Source of the DNA: Tubulanus polymorphus
Taxonomy: Eukaryota > Animalia > Nemertea
Length of the DNA stretch: 64,000 nt
Direction of reading: 5' to 3'
NCBI RefSeq assembly: GCF_964204645.1
Contig: NC_134025.1
Coordinates: forward strand, 5,022,001 to 5,086,000
Notes under the pieces: model-generated
The model's database searches: none
Seen by the model: only the letters and a program-made list of their open reading frames with translations
What the model was told of the DNA's origin: nothing
Position numbers and translations under genes: made by a program
Part shown: positions 50,044-64,000 of the stretch, piece by piece
How positions within the stretch are numbered: the stretch's first letter is position 1
How the letters are laid out: each line of letters opens with the position of its first letter

Positions 50044-53000
50044 ACTATAGCGCGTCCCTAGAGAAAATTATTTTCGGCACAAATGTTTTTTTACCCAACC
50101 GAAAATACAATTTTGCCAACTTGCATCATCATTATAATCACGTTTGTATAATTCCAAATATTCTTCTAAAATCCAAAGATGTCCAGATGGATTTGTGAAT
50201 CTATAAGACCATATCCATAAATCTAACCGATGTTTATTCCACTATATCTCTAACCTGCGCGTTGTTGTTAAACTGATTCCTTATTTCTCAGATTACGCAT
50301 CGCGCGATTTCTCCAGCTTGCGCGCGGCACCAACCGCATTCTCAGAAATTTCCGTATTACGAACGGAGTTCATCATTTTACCGATCTATTATGTTCTTCT
50401 GATGAACGTTTTATTACGGCTAACCAGAACATCTGGACGCGAGAAGTGAGCTGTTGTGTGGCGAATCAATCGGCTGACGTTTCTCTCTCGTTCACTCGGC
50501 GATAGATTCTGCCGCTGTCGTCCGCGGGTGCCACCTTGGTAATCAGGCAACCACCATATGTGGTCGTTTGTTATACTAGATGACGACAGGTAGACGCGAT
50601 GAAATCTACTAAATCCTTGTATACGACTGAATGGAATCTGTCTTTGGTGAAAACCTGTTACAACTAAGTGATCTGTAACCTACGGGCCCTCAGTGGCACT
50701 TAATGGATGGTAAAACCATTGGGCAAGCATCTAACCAGTGAGTTTCGCACCACTAACGAATACATACAATAAAACCATCTTACTACAGACAATCCAGTTG
50801 AAGTTCCCCTAATGCAACAGACAGATATTGCGAAATCAATCAATTCTGCGAAATCTGAAAGTAAATATTCCAACTAACGTACGTAAATTCTAGTAATTGG
50901 CCGAGAGTTTTGAATTATTTCTGTTAATTCTCTATATTCCAAATATCAACAGGAGCTTGGAACAAAGGCTCGTTCTTTGTTAATTTGCAAATATAGACTG
51001 TACAAACAGAGTTGGAATGATGCAGCCCTTCACGTTTCATTGCTCACCAAAGCGTTTTATTGTATTTACTGCCCATCGAAGTTTGCACTTACTTAAGGTC
51101 GTCATGGAAACATAGTGCCTAACTAACACCCAATCACTACAATTAGTCAGTACAACGTATTGTTTATTTCAGTACTAAAGGGGGCTATAGTCCCCAATCA
51201 AGCCTCTATTGTAGGAATTGTCGTTAATGCCCCCCTCCCCCAGCACTAAACAGTCTATCTTCCCAGTTCATTGGCACGTCCCAAACAAGCAAAGATCCCG
51301 ACTGATATTTTCAATTTCAAACTGTTTTTCGATTGTCCTTAAGTGTCGTCAACATAATACCGTATAACGTACAAACACATTTCAAAAAATTTACGAAAAA
51401 TCAGTGTGCAGTTTGAGTTGGTCGAAAGTAAAGTATCAACCAACAAAAAATAAAGTGTTGTTTGTTGTTGTTAATTAGTTCAGAATGAGTGCATTATTCC
51501 AGGCGAACGTCGTTAATTAAAGAAAACCATCTTGGTAATCAACTTGCCTCGAAAAACTGAAGAACGAATATCCCCGAGGACGTCGTGCTATAGGCAATTC
51601 AAATGATACACTGCAATCGGGCAATCCCAAAAGGGGCAATTACACGACAAAATACAAAATGCATGAATCTTGTTTAAGATAATGCTCTCTAAAACTCGTT
51701 GCGGTTTCTTTCATGTATTGTGCTGTCCCTGTAGAGATTTTTAATAACGAAGTAAAAGCTACTCGCAAATTCGGCTTTATAGACAAGGCCTCCATGTGAT
51801 TTTAAAGTCAGCTGGATGATAACGTACCCCCGTTTATACAGTGAACTATAAAAGTACACAATTTCATATTAAACTTTAGCAAAGAAATGTAAACGCTTCC
51901 ATGAATACTGAGAAATATTTAGCAAGCGTCCATATTATCGGTTTCATATCAACGGAAGCTGTAATGTTATATCGACGATAATTAGTTCTATATACGGGAT
52001 ATTTGATATTTACCTGATGCAAATATAATATCTATAAATCAGAGTAGGTGTCAAACACTATTTGACAGCATATCACCCAACTGATGATAGGCCGGATACA
52101 ACGGACAACCGAATATTCGATGGGAGCCTTCCTGCCACGGCTAAAAGATTAAGAGTCTTTCGTTACTGAAAGGTTGTCACCAAACGAACGTAAAGGTCAG
52201 CCGCACGAAAATATAATCCTCGCTCGGGGATTTAATGCTAAGTGAAATCCTGTCATTAGCAATAAATTTTGAAGTTTTGAAGTTTGAAGCCCGACCCTGA
52301 TGAATTAGCATAGCGTGCGTTCGGTCTTTCTCCGCCATGGATGAGGACGAATAGTTTATGCTGATCAGGTATTAGCAATAACTACTGCCATACGGGAATA
52401 TCATAAGTTATACCACTCGAGGTTGGACTACTATACGGAGTTCGGTTTAATTTCATGAGATTTGGATTTACATTCGTTTGCCGAGCAATTAAGTGACTTG
52501 ATCATCATTCCGGCGACTATATACGCCTTGAAGGCGACGTGTTATAGCAGTAACTAACATCAGATGAATGAATCACGACGCTACATTTTATGTCCGGTTT
52601 ATAGCCCGACTCTGGGCAACCGTAAATGGTAACTGATTAACTACTGTTCGACCCTCCGAGCGAATCAGTTCTTAGTAAACCCTTTTATTATGCAGTTTGC
52701 TTCTTAGAAAAGCTGCCCAGAAACAGAATGCTAACGAACAAAAACAACGCCTCTTCTTTGAATCCGATTAGAAAACATTGTTCAGATAATTTCATACCCG
52801 CCATGTATAGATTAAAAATGAAAGTACGATCGATATAGTAATTCAATTAAAAAGACTCACTCTAGAGATATCTTCATTACATTGCCAATTTCAATCGTAT
52901 ATCATTTCCATGACGTACGACGCTACCAGACAATTGATTACTGACTTATCTCGAATTTTCTATTTCTAGTTTTTTTTTTAGCTATTGTTTTGCGAACGGT

Positions 53001-56000
53001 TTACGTGTTATTTCATACAATCTTAAGCATGAACTTATCCGATTTGAAAATAATCAAAATCATTCAAAATGAAAGGTCATATTCATAACAGAATTTACAT
53101 TGTCGTGCCTGTGAAAATTGCTGCATTTTCAGCTACCGTATTCATGGCATTGAGTGTTTATTTTTAAAATTCAAATAATCTATTTCAATAATAAACCACC
53201 TCTATCGTCAAAATGTTGGGGTACACGCGTACATTAAGCTAATTTTACCTGCGCGAGTAAATATTCAAGTTTCGTGACTCGACATTCTGGTAAGAATTCC
53301 AGAAGTTTCATCTATTATTCAATATAGAACGATCATTTCAGTCAATTTTCTTAAACAGCGCCATTACAATTTGTAGTCGCTGAAATGCCGAACGTTAATG
53401 ATAGCACGATCGCGTGATTCAGTCGGTTTCATTTCAATCAACCACACACGATCGGATCAATATCACGAAAAAAGACTTGGGTTAAGTTCATAGCTTTTAG
53501 CTTTTTCTTATGCTGAGCACTTTCTTCGTCGACCTGATTTAGCCCTGATTTCTCTCTTCGTTTTAGATTGACAAAAATATGTTCAATTCAATGGTTAGTT
53601 CATGATTAGTTCCATTATTAACTACGAAGGAAATGTGCCATAAATTTCTATAAGAAATCCGCATTTCAGTTTTATCGATCATGTTTCTGGGGAAAAATTT
53701 GATCAATCTTCAACTTTCTTAGAGAATATGATATTTGAATAAATGGTATAGTTTTTGCTCGTAATATCAGCATTTCATATCCACCTTAAAAGTCATAATG
53801 TCCCCAACCAGAAGTCTAATTCTTTGTATGAGAAATTCTGGCAAATAACACGTTTTAAAATGTTTCCATGCATGCGTTGACATTTACTAGGAATCTTTGT
53901 CAATCTTCAAGTCATACCAGTTCAAACAATACAAAATACATAATTCACTTTGAATACGTTAGAACCGTGTTCATGTATTCAGACATGAATCTGGAAATAG
54001 TGGAGACACAGGATCGAGGGCTGTAGTCAAATATCGCTTGAATGATGGATATGCAAGTTCAGATTCTGCGTTCACGTGTACAGCCGACCCCCGGATGTCG
54101 GTAAAACTGTTTGTCAAGCGCTGCAACACGAAAAAAATTACTGAAATAGTGTAATTAATCCGGTCTTAAGCACGTTTTGATCGATCGGCGCGATAACCGT
54201 AACTGCTATAAATGCATCAATTTCATAATTTTTCAAGATGTCACCGAATGAACGCGCAACATCCGCTCAGTCGTAGACAGTGCGAAGATTAATGATACAT
54301 TATATCTACGGCAACGAGTGTCAACGCTCTCTCAGTTTCGAGCAGGGCGATGATGGAATTCTGTTTGAGTACTGGTAGAATATATACCACAGAGACCTGT
54401 ATGTGTGTGAGTGAGTGAGTGCGAGAATGACTATTCCAATAGGTGTGGGAACCTTAGGAATAGTCATTATATATTCCTTGATCTCGTAAGTTGCTCAGTC
54501 CACCTGGGTTTTCATCACCATATCCCATGGGTCTCACTTGACATCACAGGCAGACTGTGGCTAGGGCATCATCGAGCTTGTTATAGTTTCCAGGTTTGAA
54601 ACAAATGGATAACGTACAACGCAGTCTCTCAATGTCGAGTAGATGACGTGACGACGATGGATGTCGTAGCGAAAATATACATGTACAGGAATATGGAATG
54701 CTTTTACCTCATTTTGCACGTCATGGAATTAACTTCACTGACAGATGCAACGCATTTCGGAATCGTTGTCTTGCCATGCGAAAATCCATCAATGTCAGTA
54801 TCCTTTCACCGCACTGCATTTCCGTCGTTCATGATATTTTTATACTGCACACGAGTCTGATAAAATCTACCTCGAGCGGAAACGTGGCTTGTCTCTTGAC
54901 GACACAAGATACGATGTTTTGTAGCTCATACAAAGGATGAATAAAGATAAATTGAGAAATATATAAGAATTCTAGTAGAGTAAATTCTACTTAGAACGCA
55001 AATCAACAGTATCTTAACATATTGTAACATTTTATATTTTTGGGTATATCGCTACTTTAGGCCTGACAGCGTATAAAAGTCAGGAAAGTAAACAGTTGTT
55101 CAGCTTACTGAATCAAACAAACAAAATTCCCCACACATCCTTTACAAATCTTCCGGTGCATTTAAATTTGCCATTTACGTTTAATTTTCACGGATTATTT
55201 CGTTCGAACATCGACCCCGGAGATAATTATTTGCTACATCGAAATATAGCAGATAAGAGGAGAAGAGGGAGAACACCGGCCGTTGTAATTAGTGTTGAAC
55301 GGAATACTCATTACTCTTCAACTGGCGTGACTTACATGATGTACGGTCAATCCACCACAAACATGGCTGCGCGGTGAAGATAAGACGATAATCATTTCTG
55401 GATCGTCTGCGGCGAACAATCGAAACAGCGGCCATCGAAATTTAATAAAACTAAAACGCATCGAACACCTCGGTAATGATGCACAATCTAGGATGTTAAT
55501 AGCGTTTTTATGTGGCAATAAAAAGATTAGCGAAGAAAAAGATTGAGTGCACATTACTTCCATTAGTGGCTATGGAAATATATTGAGCATCCGTTGAGAA
55601 AGAATATAAGGAACTTAAGTAAATAAACAAAGGACATTTTCCCTTCCTACCTGCCCACCTCCTTCTCAAACTTCCAATCTGTCTCCTTCCCTTCCAACCT
55701 CCCTCTGGCGAACACATCACGGATTAGAGTTGGACGAAAAAATATGAAAACCACCTGCCGCGTATTTTATTAACACCACGATCGTCACAAATCATAATGT
55801 TTGATTGCGCCGATACGCTGGATTCAATACCAGGAACTCTCTGTAGAGCTATTTCTTCAAAGCTCTCTTCTAAAGTAAACGACATTATCTATAAATGTAT
55901 TACATTGAATGGTCTTTGAATAAATTACTTGTTGATTTTGAATCCAATTCCAGGTTATATCATCTATGAATTATGTATGATTTCGCATATTACATTACTG

Positions 56001-59000
56001 CCATGCAATTATTTTCAGGGCTTTCATTGGAAATAAGAATCATTAGCGTAGTTACATCTAAATGGCATCTAAAATATCTTATATTAGTCGTATGTTCCGC
56101 AGGTGGTTGGAAGGCTTTAATCATAGACTTTAGAAAACCGCTAGCACTGCGCAGCGTAGGCTGTTAGGGCTTATCCATTAAGCCCAATCACCAGTAATAA
56201 TCTACGTCTTCTGATTTATACAGAATCGTGGTGATATAAAGAATAATGTTTGGGGTATTGTACTAGCCGTCGTAGTAAACTGATCCCACGAAAAATCGAA
56301 TTAATCATCTGAAACCACGGGGGAGAGGTGGCAAGATGTGCCGGGGTTCGATCAATCTTATCAGATTCCACTCGACGTAAACCATTAAAATTCATTGCCG
56401 AGATATATCGGTCCTAATACACTTTGTGATGAATGTCAGACACTATAACGATCTTGCGAATAGAGTACATGTAAATGACGATGGAAACAGAAACGAAACT
56501 TCGCGCCACAGATCTTTTCTATTGCGATTCAGATTTGCGATCATCAACGAACAATCACGATAGGGCATTTGATTTGAAGCAGCCTTATACGCCGGTATTG
56601 ATTCGATTCGCTCCGTGTTAGCTTATCGAAGCGATGGGTAAACATTATATTATCACCATATCAACAATAAGAAAAAATAGATTTGCTTTCATATTTTTGC
56701 AACGCCCGAATGGAAACCATTACCACGCGAACGAAAACCTAGTTTGTCTAGGTTTGCAAAGACGCCTGAAGAATAACGTACAAAAAATATTGCGCATTGA
56801 GTTACTAAAGAATCGCTCCAGGCTAGAAATAATAGGGCCACTTGGTACGCTTCTTTTCGTAGTTTATCAATCGTGGGGTTTTTTTCTCGTGGATAAACCT
56901 GTATTATGGTTACGTTCCAAGAAAGAACCATTCCAAAATGTAGGTTTTACGTACTAGGCAAATACAGACACGTTTCCACCAGATCAAGTATGGATATTTT
57001 GGACAGAAGTAGTGAGATTTTTTAGTAGTACCCTTTAGAATAGTATTTTGATGAAATGGATTCCATACTTTATACCTAGCGCCGTTTGCGACTCCCTTAC
57101 TATCCTAGTTCATCAAGTTAACGTGATAGGATTATAGCAAATGCTACCACAACATTGGTTTAGTTCGTTGCTCGTAATTTACCTCAGAGATTTATCAGAA
57201 TTATCAATCTGAATTAATGTTATCAGAAAAACGCGGCTTCAATCAGAGCAGTAATTTATTATATATTCGGTCGACACATGTTCCCCGTTATTCTGCTAAT
57301 CTAGCCGACATTGCCCTAGCGGTTTGGTCTATGGCTGCAGAACACACTGCCAACACTCGGCGGATCTTTATATGCACGGAACTGCGAATATTAGCCATAA
57401 AACTAAGTTTTCAAGATCCATAAAAGAATTATACATCCCGGAGTGCGTTTGCGAAAGCTATAAAAAGTAAATATAAATTAATGCACATTTGTTGTATCAG
57501 AAATAATTGCCTAAAAGGCAGTTGCGTATAGTTAAATTCCGCGCGTCGCCAGCGATATGAAGAATGGTTCATTAGTGAAAATGAAATTTCTTCACTTTTA
57601 GGAGCATTCGTCCTATGACGTTCCATGTTATAATGGTAGTTTTTTAGCGTAAGACGCCGAGCTGATCTCTTTCCTAGACACAGTTAACGAACCGATGGAA
57701 ATTCACCCACACCCACCCACTGGCACTCGCTAAGGATAGAAAACGAATGTTTTCGTAATGCAACTTGATTCTTGTAGTATGTTCCTAGTCGTGTTAACAT
57801 AAACACAAAAACTGCACTACTCCATTCATCGCAAAAGCAATCTCACAAACCCCAACTATCTCAAGTACGTTTGCTTCATTCATCTCTTCCTTAACTTGTT
57901 CTTCGATTACACACGTCCAGTGTCATATTTACACGTAAGAAACCCCAAACATTAAATGATGATAAGTGAATATTAGAAAATATCGGTTTCGATTTTCAAC
58001 AGATTTGAAGAGTAATAGGAACTAATTTTGACTAAACTGGTATACTTTTGGTGTGGTTATTTAGGTAAACACATAAATGGTTCAAGTACAAATGTAGATT
58101 GAATAGGAACGCTTATACACATATACTGTCTCATCAATTCAAACAAATATTGTACATATTTTACATAATATTTTACTAATTTGAATTAATGTTCATCCAG
58201 CCATTTTGTCAATAACTTGCCCTTGCGGTGTCACGACGAATTTAAGCATACATTATTGAAGCCACTCTGACTTCACACGCACCCATTGGGAGAGCTAATG
58301 TGTTGAATTAATGACATGCCTTTATTAGCGATGACCACCATTTTCCCTTGATGTTCCTGTACGCTCGTGTAGTCTGTTGACTAATACTTATCAACGTGTT
58401 GAAGAGTTGTCCAGGGACTCATTCGACAAGACACTAACGAAACATTTTACTGCCCTCGAATATCGAGTGTTACCACTTAATCCACGGTATTCCAACATTC
58501 ATCAATCATTTTATTCATATATTTGACCAATTTGAAACTAACACAGTTGGACAAGATATGGTAATGATTGCTAAACTATCTGATTTGAAATGTGCATGAA
58601 TACGTAGGAAATGATTATTTTGAATTTTGTAACGTATATTTAATAGGGATTTAGATGCGTGAGGAAAGACTAGGCTACCCCCATTGAAACAGTTGCAACG
58701 TTGATTCAAATACAGAATTCTAGTTCAATTTTTCGGCACTTTCCGATGCTAGATTCTTATTCAAGTTTGTATACGCATAGTTTCCCAGTCAAATCAGTTA
58801 TCTTATTCTGCGTAACGATGTTTTCATTGTATGGCTATCTCTGTGCTACAAACCTACACAAGCATCTGCGTATCTTTCTTCAATACGAAGATCCAAAAAA
58901 TGCGACTTAAAGATCAACGGGATTGCAACCGATCGTTATCTCATGCACCGCCACTTCATACGAGGTATCACAGTAATTCTAGCGCATGAAATCGTGTATA

Positions 59001-62000
59001 TGTGGAACGAATGTTAAATAATGTAATATTCTACACAATGCCTATATTAGCGTATATTCTATACAATAACCTAGATTAGCTCTCAAAGCTCAAATTTACC
59101 CTGATTAGGTTTAATATGTTTACATCTAAGTTAATTTCTTTGCAAATGACCCGGCTACATTGATACATGAGCACTTAAAGAGAGCTCCGATATAGCTCAG
59201 CAGACGTATTATAATGTTTTCAGCATAGAAAAGAAAAGCACAATTTCGCACTCATCTCAAGTCAATCTTATGATTATCATTGTGCATTTTACAGCTAAAA
59301 TCCATTTCAAAAATGAAAGTCAAACATGATTCCATTCTCGCACTATTTGCATATATAAATCTTCCATCTATATGTAACTCAATCTGTGCTTTCCGTAAGT
59401 TTATTTGACTATTATTCGCTTGAGATTCGTACTTCGAAATTCCGATGTATTTTCATAAGAGGGTACGTCAATGTTATGGTTGAAGATATATAAAGCGATA
59501 TGGTCTGCTGGGATGTTTGCCTGGCTTCTTATCGACGGTGGAATTGCGATGGACGAATATTGATAGAATCGTCGAAGCTACAGGAGGGTACCACGCTGCG
59601 CTACTCCACGCAATTGAACTTACGCTCGTGGTTCAGATGGGTACAGTGTTATCAAGGAATAATTGAAATAAGAAATAACCTCATACGAAATGGATAATTA
59701 ACGAATTTATCACCAACACAGTTACTAGTAACTTTGTATTCCGATCAGAGTGAAACCTGACGTTTCTACGGATAATCTGCTTTAATCAAAGTACATTTTA
59801 TTTCTAACAATCCTTCGACTGATAATTCCAATTACGTCTTACATTTCTAACTATGTCGTTTGTCAATAATACCTAAGTTTACCTACTCAGATTCAGATCC
59901 CCCAATGATCGTCTTGTTGCCCTTTATGGTTCGAGAATCGTCCAAAGGCAATGTGGTGCCCGAGTGACGTGAAATTTCAATTCCGAATGATACATAACCA
60001 ACCTAATTAAAAAAAAGCAACCCGGAGTATAATTGCGAATACAAATATTAGTCGTGTAGTACACAATGACGTTTAGTTAATGCAAATGTCATTATTCCTT
60101 GTTGATTTCCCCCCAACAGATCAACAGATATTCTTTTGCATTATTCTCTCTACTGTCAAGTGGTTTTCCGATGAAACTTCGGCGAATAGAAGAGGGCTTA
60201 GTATTTTTGTGAAACTGGCAATATCTAAAAGACTATGAATTGTAGAAAGGTGACTCATTGCTGGTAATTCAACATCCACATTCACAAACATGACGAGTGG
60301 AATCTGCTGAAAATGCAGACCTCATTGTCTCTAAATGAACAAATCCCTCGAAGGGATCGGTAATGAATAGATAACGAGGATATTATTACCATTTTTAGAT
60401 TCGGATCAATTGAATTAAGTTGAAGCCGCTAGAAACTTCTCCCATTCGGTTGATTTAAACGGACTTTTAACCGATAGCATTGTTTTACTAAATTTTTTTT
60501 CGGGGAGTCGCGGTATCTCATTAATCAGAAATTCTTTTTTCCATCACAAAATGTGTATGAATATCACCGTGTATATGGACAGAATCCCAGTAATCGCGTC
60601 AAACACGGTGTATGGGATCACGATTCAGTCAGACTTGAGTTGCGTGAGCAAGAAAAATTACTTTCGAAAATAAGTCACTATTTAGATTGATGGTGATTTT
60701 GGCTGCCAGAAATACACGAAGCGACAGTCATAATTAATGCTACGGCAGTCAGCTATCACTGACACTTTGATACACAGGGTGAAACTGTCACCGAATATGT
60801 GACTCGAAGGTCAATACCAAAGAAATTATCATGCGGTGCGCATCTGCTATCCTCCCAGGACCCTGTCAGCATTCATACATTTCATCGTCTATTCGAGAAC
60901 TTTTTGAACACGTTTTTCGCTAGTCGAATGTTCCGGGAAAAATTGTTGATTATCCGTTAAGAAAAAACTGTTATCCTACTTCGAACAAGAATTATATCGT
61001 TTGGCATTGTCGCGCAATTCATTCTATTGCGGCAATTAAAATGATTAATTAAAAGGCTATAAATTTTGTGCGCCAGTGCCAGTGGAGCTGCGAGCACTGC
61101 TTGTTCGCCAGCACTATAGAATGAATAGCAACTGATACCATTTGGCCAAAACACTATCAATTATTGCAGTAAATGGGTAATAATGAACAAACTCTAGGGA
61201 TAAATGATGACAAATATGTTTGAAATAAGACAACCGCAAGCTGCTTGTGTGGATTGATCATAATATGAGCAATATAGGATTTTGCAGTATAGGAAGACTG
61301 CAAGCCATATATTTCATTTCAGACATATTTTTCAGCGGGGATTTCGTGAGTGTTCATAAAAGCCCTCTTATATATTTATATCTTCAGTGATCCTTTAAAT
61401 AAGTTGCGATTCTGTAAATATCTTGGCCTTTAATAGATTATCGAAGACGCATCAAGAATCGAAAAATATGTGTTACCACTGAAAATTCGGTCACGGATTT
61501 GTCGATGCACGGGTTGTAAGCGATTAAAAGTACTTTTAGTAAAATATATGCGCAGAAACGGGCGACCATGACTACGTAATCTATTCTATCCAGATTCTTG
61601 GTCGTGTTTAAAAACTAGTTATTTGGATATTATTGATATTGTCAACGGTAATGAACCTGAGATAAACACGGTCCCTTATTCCAGTAGAGTTGTCGCAGCC
61701 AATCTAATCCACGCTACCGATACCTAACGCAGGACTCAATTTTGCTAGTGACTTTCTGTGCTTATTAGTAAGTTGATGGATGTGTGGCAGTAGAAAGCGA
61801 TATATTTCCGGCAATAACGCCGAGTAAGTGGTACTGGCTGAATGAACTAGACCTACTTCTCATTTCCAGCTGCCATTTCGAGCCAGGCTATATGGTCAAT
61901 CATCAACGAATGAAAGATGCCATCAGATGTCGCAGATCGTTCATTCTATCTGAAAGATGTGAACGGACCGCGCGCACACAATACGTCGCTAGCGAAATAT

Positions 62001-64000
62001 CTATATTTCCAGCACTTCAAAGTACAATATCGAATGAGCCATTATCTATAAAACAATCGTTACAGCCATACTTCAAAGTCCGTACGCGTTTTGATATTGT
62101 GACACCTTAGCATCAGTATTTCAATATATTTATGAATATTTGATCCTAGTAGTGTCGATATGAACCGCGAATGATGAATAATTCAACATGGAACGTTTTC
62201 CCACTTCATCTTCTCCAACTCTTCTTTTTCTTTTTCATTTATCCATAATATTCATTATCAATTGACCTCTAAATGGTCGCTTCGAAAGTATAGAAGAGTA
62301 CATGTTAATAGGCGTTTCAAGTACGAAGGGTCTTATCGCCAAATACAATATATTTTCTAATAATGGATTAATAAAACACGTAAGACATAGACTCCAATAC
62401 ATTTATTGTATAAGTTTTTCATATAAAAATGTAATTTTAGAATTTTCCCAGCTTCCTTGGCATTCTTGAAATGCGTATCGATTTGAAATTTCGTCATTAT
62501 TGTAGGCATATTTACATAGCAATTTACGTTTCATGAATCTTACGCGCTTCACGAATCTTCTCAAGCGTATGTTTGATTATCAAGTATTCATAATACCTAA
62601 GCAAATTTCCGATGAGATCTACACAAAACAGCCAATAGAAAGTACCTCCCAATGTCGTGCAGTCATCTGTTTCACTCAATACGTGGCTCACTAATAATTA
62701 ATTCGATGATTTTGGCGAATCGCTTCTTCTTCGAATGACAAAAGGTCATACCGGAGTAACCAGAGTGAACACGCGTAGGCCACATTAATTAATCAATGCT
62801 TTACATCTTAAATCTGATGAACATACTGCGGGTGTGCGGCTAAACAGACCTCTGGTCACATCATCACAAAAGATTCAAATTGATATCCCCTGATGCGTGT
62901 ATATAACAGTTTCAACAAAACGTAAATAATGTATATTGAATTGTAGTAATATGAAGACCTGCTTTACTATTGTAAAGTGAGAAAGTGTTTTGAAAATTCT
63001 CTAATCATTCGTTGGCTTGATATAACCATCTATTCGAAATTTGTTTTAGAGTCCATGATACAATGTACGACTTATAAATCATCTAAGCCGTTCCATAGAT
63101 ATAAGTTAATCAAACGCCCGCAGAGGTTGAAGTCATTTATATTGATTTTTTAAAATGAGTAATGTAAATCATATCGAAAACCGAGTGTTCAAGAATATTA
63201 TATTATATATATATTTAGAATATATAGTTAGAATATCAAGAATTTTTTCAAATACCAATCGTGTCAATCGTTGTGGTAGTCAACGCGTGGGATATGCACC
63301 AGAGAAGACCTTAAGAACAAGCTACAAAGAAGCATTCGGACTTATACACGTGGAAAATCGGAAAGAAACTTAAACAACGGACAATGTGATCTTAGTTCTT
63401 TGTAAATTCTATGTATGAAATCAGGCAGTTAACAAAAACCAAACCCCTCAGTCGCTAGAAGGTTCAGAAACCGGAACTGAAATTTACATTTATTTTCTTC
63501 GAATCAAACCAGAAATTCTGGACCTTTTATATTTCTTACTCCACATTCAAAATTTAAGTCCCCTGTATGTTTCCCGGCAGGTGAGTCGGGTTTGTAAGGG
63601 GACACATTAGATAAATAAGAGATTGACAATATGAGAGTAAGTACTATGAGATCACGTTAATGAATTATAAGCTATTAAGTCAGCCAATTATACATTTGCT
63701 ATTTACTAAATTGAAACTAGTTCCTTGAAGTTTCATCACTTTTTCAAGTGTCAATTCATTTAATATACCGTTCACGAAAGTTTCCGAAAGTGAGCAGATT
63801 AATGTAAAATCTGTCTGCTGTCGGTGACCAAAAATCGATTCTATTGGAAGAAAGAAAAACGACGATTAATCTTTTCATTGTTCATTAACTGCGCATATAT
63901 ATCTGAATAACCTGTGCGGCACCAACAGATGGGTACGTATGTTGACAATCGAAAACGAAAGCTGTGAGCGAAGCAGCCATTTATTTACGTGTCAAGATTT

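Noticed and set aside
37851-64000. Numerous 60-120 aa ORFs in the channel intron and upstream flank
   Set aside because: They have random-looking composition, frequent non-ATG starts, no domain motifs and no linked splice sites. The exceptions are channel exon 1 and the duplicated fragment.
1-64000. CRISPR arrays, operons, prokaryotic defence systems, rRNA or tRNA genes, intact transposase or RT ORFs
   Set aside because: None seen: there is no regularly spaced repeat-spacer pattern, and the recognisable genes are spliceosomal-intron-containing animal genes.

Overview
AT-rich, intron-containing animal genomic DNA, most likely from an invertebrate bilaterian; it is not prokaryotic. I assembled spliced genes by hand from GT-AG sites. 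In order they are: two tandem fuseless-like multi-pass membrane genes (-), a small FBXO48-like F-box gene (+), PSMG1 (+), ZMPSTE24 (-) and IQANK1 (+, head-to-head with ZMPSTE24). Next come an intact short IQANK1 paralog (+), a probable frameshifted UDP-glycosyltransferase fragment (-), two orphan secreted basic/low-complexity proteins (+) and a two-exon THIK/KCNK13-type K2P channel (-) with an 11.9-kb intron. The last ~14 kb has no recognisable coding sequence. Four observations stand out. (1) The IQANK1 C-terminal domain looks like a dynein heavy-chain AAA5 module, and the neighbouring paralog encodes it almost alone and shares a forkhead/X-box-like upstream motif with its parent. (2) The two secreted orphans share only an N-terminal HG(L/I)SLKGL(T/S)RGP motif, which is synonymously recoded. 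(3) An inverted 258-bp copy of one of these genes sits between 12-bp direct repeats in the channel intron. (4) The fuseless paralogs share a ~99%-identical, gene-conversion-like tract. All homology calls come from recalled motifs, not database searches.
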